Origin: Eledone cirrhosa
Taxonomy: Eukaryota
Assembly (NCBI GenBank): GCA_964016885.1
Contig: OZ024741.1
Location: forward strand, 252,092,001 to 252,156,000
DNA: 64,000 nucleotides
Direction of reading: 5' to 3'
Position numbers and translations under genes: made by a program. Below the pieces are notes generated by a model. That model did no database searches. It saw only the letters and a program-made list of their open reading frames with translations, and was not told the DNA's origin. Shown piece by piece: positions 60,101 through 64,000 of this stretch (positions within the stretch are counted from its first letter, which is position 1; each line of letters starts with the position of its first letter).

Positions 60101-61227
60101 TCCCAGATCCCCTCAGGGAAATGGCCTTGCTCAGTATGTAGGAAAGGTGTAGGTAGGAACTCCATTCTCTGCCCCAAATGCAAACAATGGGTACACAAGG
60201 GAAGTAGCGGGATCTCAGGAAGCTTAATTAAGAATGTAGGCTTCACATGCAGCAGCTGTGCTGGGACAGCAAGCAGCAAACAGCCACAGGAAACAAGTAC
60301 CACCAATCTCTGGGAGGGCTCTGTAGAAACAGTAGACAGCTTCTGCTACCTAGGTGACCGAATTAGCAGTGGAGATGGGTGTTCAGAAAGTACAATAACT
60401 AGGGTAAGAACGGGATGGAAGAAGTTCAGGGAACTACTACCACTGCTAGCTGCAAAAGGCTTCTCCCTCAAAGTGAAAGGCAGACTGTATGATGCGTGTA
60501 TCCGAACAACAATGTTACATGGTAGTGGGACCTGGGCGCTGAAGGTGGAAGACTTACGTAGATTAGAAAGAAACGAAACCTGCATGCTCCGATGGATGTG
60601 TAATAGTAATATACGCGAACGACAAAGCATAAATGAATTGAGAGAGCGACTGAGCATAAGAGGAATCAAATGCTGTGTGCAGGAGAGGCGGTTGCGTTGG
60701 TATGGACATGTGATGCGTATGAAGGATGACAGCTGCATAAAAAGGTGCAGAGCACTACAACTCAATGGAAACCGCGGAGTGGGGAGACCAAAGAAGACCT
60801 GGGATGAGGTGATAAAAGCCGACCTTACCCAATTACACCTCTCAAAGGCGATGACACACGACCGTGACCTCTGGCGTCACACAGTAATACAGAGTACCCG
60901 ACCTCCCATGGGTACAACCTGAAGCATATAGACAATATGCCCCCACACCCTCCCACTGCAAGGTGGTCGTGGAGGTGCCACAGCAAAAAAGCACCCAGCC
61001 CACACTGTAAAGTGGACGTGTAGGCGCCACGGGAAAAGCACCCAGCACTCACTGTAAATGAGGTTGGTGTTAGGAAGGGCATCCAGCTGTAGAAATCAAG
61101 CCAAAATCAGTTCCTGTATGAGCAAGGCATGGTCAGCCGACCAGACACTGCCCACAACAGGACAACCCGTCTAACCCATGCTAGCATGGAAGAATGGATG
61201 TAAAACGGTGATGATGATGATGATGAT
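60101..61227 (+). mobile_element. 5'-truncated RTE LINE, copy 1 (PHD-like finger, C-terminal region, 3' module, (GAT)n tail)
   Basis: Open frame to 60922: GKWPCSVCRKGVGRNSILC...FCYLGD...KVKGRLYDACIR...LERNETCMLRWMC...RRLRWYGHVMR...GRPKKTW; (TA)n on both sides. Confidence 0.92.
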
Positions 61228-61339
61228 ATATATATATATATATATATAAAAATATATATAAGCTTATATATATATATATATATATATATAAATATATATA
61301 AGCTTATATATATTTATATATATATATAAATATATATAA

Positions 61340-62850
61340 GCCATGTATAAAGAAACAGTCAGCAAGGTTAGAATTAACAACGAATATAGTGAAGAGTTTA
61401 GCGTAAAGTTGGTGTTCATCAGGGCTCCGTTCTTAGCCCCCTACTATTTATTATTGCCCTTCAGGCTATAACAGTGGAGTTCAAGACTGGCTGCCCATGG
61501 GAACTCTTATACGCAGATGATCTAACGCTCATAGCTGAATCAATGGCCGAGCTAGAGAAGAAATTCCAAACATGGAAGCACGGCCTAGAGTCAAAAGGAC
61601 TTAAAATTAACCTGGCTAAGACCAAAGTTCTAGTTTGTAGGAAAGAAAACAAGGCGGCGGTCCCTTCTGGGAAATGGTCGTGCTCGGTGTGTAGGAAAGG
61701 AGTAGGTAGAAACTCCATTTTATGTCCCAAATGCAAAGTATGGGTGCATAAAAGATGTAGTGAGATCACAGGTAAGCTAACTAAGAACATAGATTTTATA
61801 TGTGGCTGGTGCTCTGGTGCAATAAGTAGCAGCAAGTGCCCACAGAATACTAGCTCATTCCATTGCACAGATGGTTCTATAAAAATAGTGGACAGCTTCC
61901 GTTACCTGGCTGACAAAATCAGCAGTGGGGGAGGGTGCTCTGAAAGTACAGTAGCTAGAGTCAGAACTGGATGGAAAAAGTTCAGAGAGCTTATACCACT
62001 ATTAGCCGCTAAAGGGTTCTCTCTAAAAATGAAAGGCAGGCTGTATGATGCCTGCATACGAACAGCAAGGTTACATGGCAGTGAGACTTGGGCATTGTGT
62101 GCAGAGGATATACATAGACTGGAGAGGAACGAAGCTTGCATGCTCCGCTGGATGTGTAATGGTAATATACGTGAACAGCAAAGCATAAACGAACTAAGGG
62201 AAAAATTAGAAATAAGAAGGATCAGATGTTGTTTACTCGAGAGAAGACTACGTTGGCATGGTCATGTGATGCGCATGAAAGATGACAGCTGTATAAAAAA
62301 GTGCAGGGCAATAAAAATAGACGATAGCCACAGAGTAGGCAGACCCAAAAAACCTGGGACGACTTGATAAATTCCGACCTCACACACTTACACCTCTCCA
62401 AGACAATGTCACTGGACCGAGATCTTTGGCGCTACACAGTAATACAGAAGACCCACCTTACCTAAGTACAAAGTGAAACCTACTACAGTCAGTAGGCACC
62501 TCTAACAAAAATACACCCCCGTCCCACTACCCCCACCCATCCACACGACCCCTTTCAATGTAAAGTTATGTTGGTACCACAACATCCAGTCCGAAACAAA
62601 TGAGGTCGTGTAGGTGTCACGACAAAAACACAAAGTCCACGCTGTAATGTGGCCATGTAGGTAACATGGTAAAAACCTCCCAGTCCACACTGTAAACGTG
62701 ATTGGTGTTAGGAAGGGCATCCAGCCGTAGAAAACCCGCCAGACAGTCCTATGCGAGCAAAACAACCACTCTTGCCTCAAGTGGGAAAACTCCCGTCCAA
62801 ACCCATGCAAGCGTGGAAGATGGACGTTAAACGATGATGATGATGATGAT
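61340..62850 (+). mobile_element. 5'-truncated RTE LINE, copy 2 (RT motifs, PHD finger, C-terminus, 3' module)
   Basis: GVHQGSVLSPLLF and LLYADD (YADD at 61510-61521), INLAKTKV, C4HC3 finger at 61681-61812, RRLRWHGHVMR, GRPKK; 1-bp frameshifts near 61406 and 62350; (GAT)6 tail. Confidence 0.94.
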
Positions 62851-63019
62851 ATATCCCCAAAATGGCTGACCAAACACACATGTGCTTTTTCTCCCCAAAA
62901 AGTTTTTTCTTTCTCTTCTTTTTCTCACTCTCCTTTCTATTTCTCAGTCTATCTTTTGATGAAAGACAAGCATCCAAAATGACAAGACTCTTTCCTACTA
63001 TATCAAGTGTTAAATTAAT

Positions 63020-63170
63020 ATCTATCTTCATTACGTCCTCTGTAATCACTGTCCATGTTTCACTAACATGCAGCATTCCACATTACACACTGGCATCATA
63101 CAGTCAGCCTTTTGTTTGTAGAGTGAAACCTTTTGTTGTCAAGAATATAAAAAGTAGTAAACCAATAGGT
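63020..63170 (-). mobile_element. Degenerate RTE fragment
   Basis: Minus strand TKGFTLQTKG*LYDASV...MLHVSETWTVITED, homologous to AKGFSLKMKGRLYDAC...LHGSETW in copy 2. Confidence 0.7.
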
Positions 63171-63430
63171 TTGAGAGATATATTTGTCATTTATTCCATT
63201 TACAGGGAAATACATATATTTGACATGTTTACGTATTTATAAACTTAATTTGTAAACATATATATACACAGTTACACAATCACGGTTACCCCAATACTGT
63301 ATGCATGTAGATATAAATTCATTGTATATGTATACCATAAATACTTGTGTCACACTCTTCCCCATGAAAATAATTACGTAAAAGCAAGCATTTCTTATTT
63401 AGTGGACCTACAAGATCGTATGAGTTAGTC

Positions 63431-64000
63431 AATAGTCATGAGTCTTGGGGAATATCTGAAAGAATATGATAGCAAATACAAGTGGCAAAAATGGGGTTCC
63501 TCTGTAGGGCCTTTGTAATTATCTTACTTGAAAGGGCGTGTAACTTGGAGATGAAGTAGGCAAGCCAAGTAGAGCTCAGACTCAGACTCAGAAGCTCCCG
63601 CATCTTGCAACGTATGAGGCAATCATAGTGTTCCATCGCGTTCGGTCAGCAGCCAGTTGCACAGCGTCCTGCCATTGTCTGTTTGTTGCTCGCAGGTCCC
63701 TCTCAACTGTCTGGTGCCAGTTCATATTGGGTCGCCCTCTCCATCTGCTTCCCTGCGGGCTCCATTTAAGTACTTGGTAGAGCTGCTACTTCTTTAAATT
63801 GAAAGATCACAGCCCTGGTACTACGGACATGTGGTTACAATCACTGACAAATTTATGGACAAAGACAGACACCAAAGTAGACCATTAGCAAGATGGTTGG
63901 ATAACATCCATAAGCTCAATTGGTCTCACTTGGAAATACAGCCAGATTATTTGGAAGCAACTACTTTTGTTAGGACTCTCTGGAGGGTATATCTAAGGAT
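63431..64000 (+). mobile_element. Degenerate Rex3/RTE-like LINE C-terminal fragment, interrupted by another RTE
   Basis: SHESWGISERI**QIQVAKMGFLCR...VE|LLLL*IERSQPWYYGHVV...RPLARWLDNI. Confidence 0.7.
63577..63776 (-). mobile_element. Short 5'-truncated RTE with (CTGAGT)n tail and 8-bp TSD
   Basis: Minus frame QVLKWSPQGSRWRGRPNMNWHQTVERDL...AADRTRWNTMI; TSD GTAGAGCT at 63569-76 and 63777-84. Confidence 0.8.

Noticed and set aside
61228-61340. Repeated TATATAAGCTTATATA palindromes
   Set aside because: Expected from slippage in self-complementary (TA)n; no independent evidence of an element.
60346-62186. Minus-strand ORFs of 139, 135 and 94 aa
   Set aside because: Antisense frames of the RTE ORF2 copies.

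Overview
Eukaryotic, repeat-only window with no recognisable host gene. The SINE, RTE and (TA)n content resembles octopus/cephalopod DNA, which is an inference from recalled repeat sequences. Bases 1-~47,470 are one tandem satellite with a 65/70-bp monomer built entirely from 5-bp words and kb-scale higher-order duplications. It is interrupted once, near its right edge, by a young 5'-truncated CR1-type LINE (46238-47006), then decays into a degenerate pentamer tract. The last ~16.5 kb is a dense mosaic of transposon remnants: RTE LINE pieces (two with a PHD-type C4HC3 finger right after the RT core), two tRNA-derived SINE families, hAT, piggyBac and Tc2/pogo MITEs, an Hsmar2-like mariner nested in a MITE, a minimal hammerhead ribozyme motif, and two unrelated 'long hairpin + tail' elements in (TA)n that share an 18-nt motif. 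Most ORFs in the supplied track are artefacts of simple repeats or antisense LINE frames.
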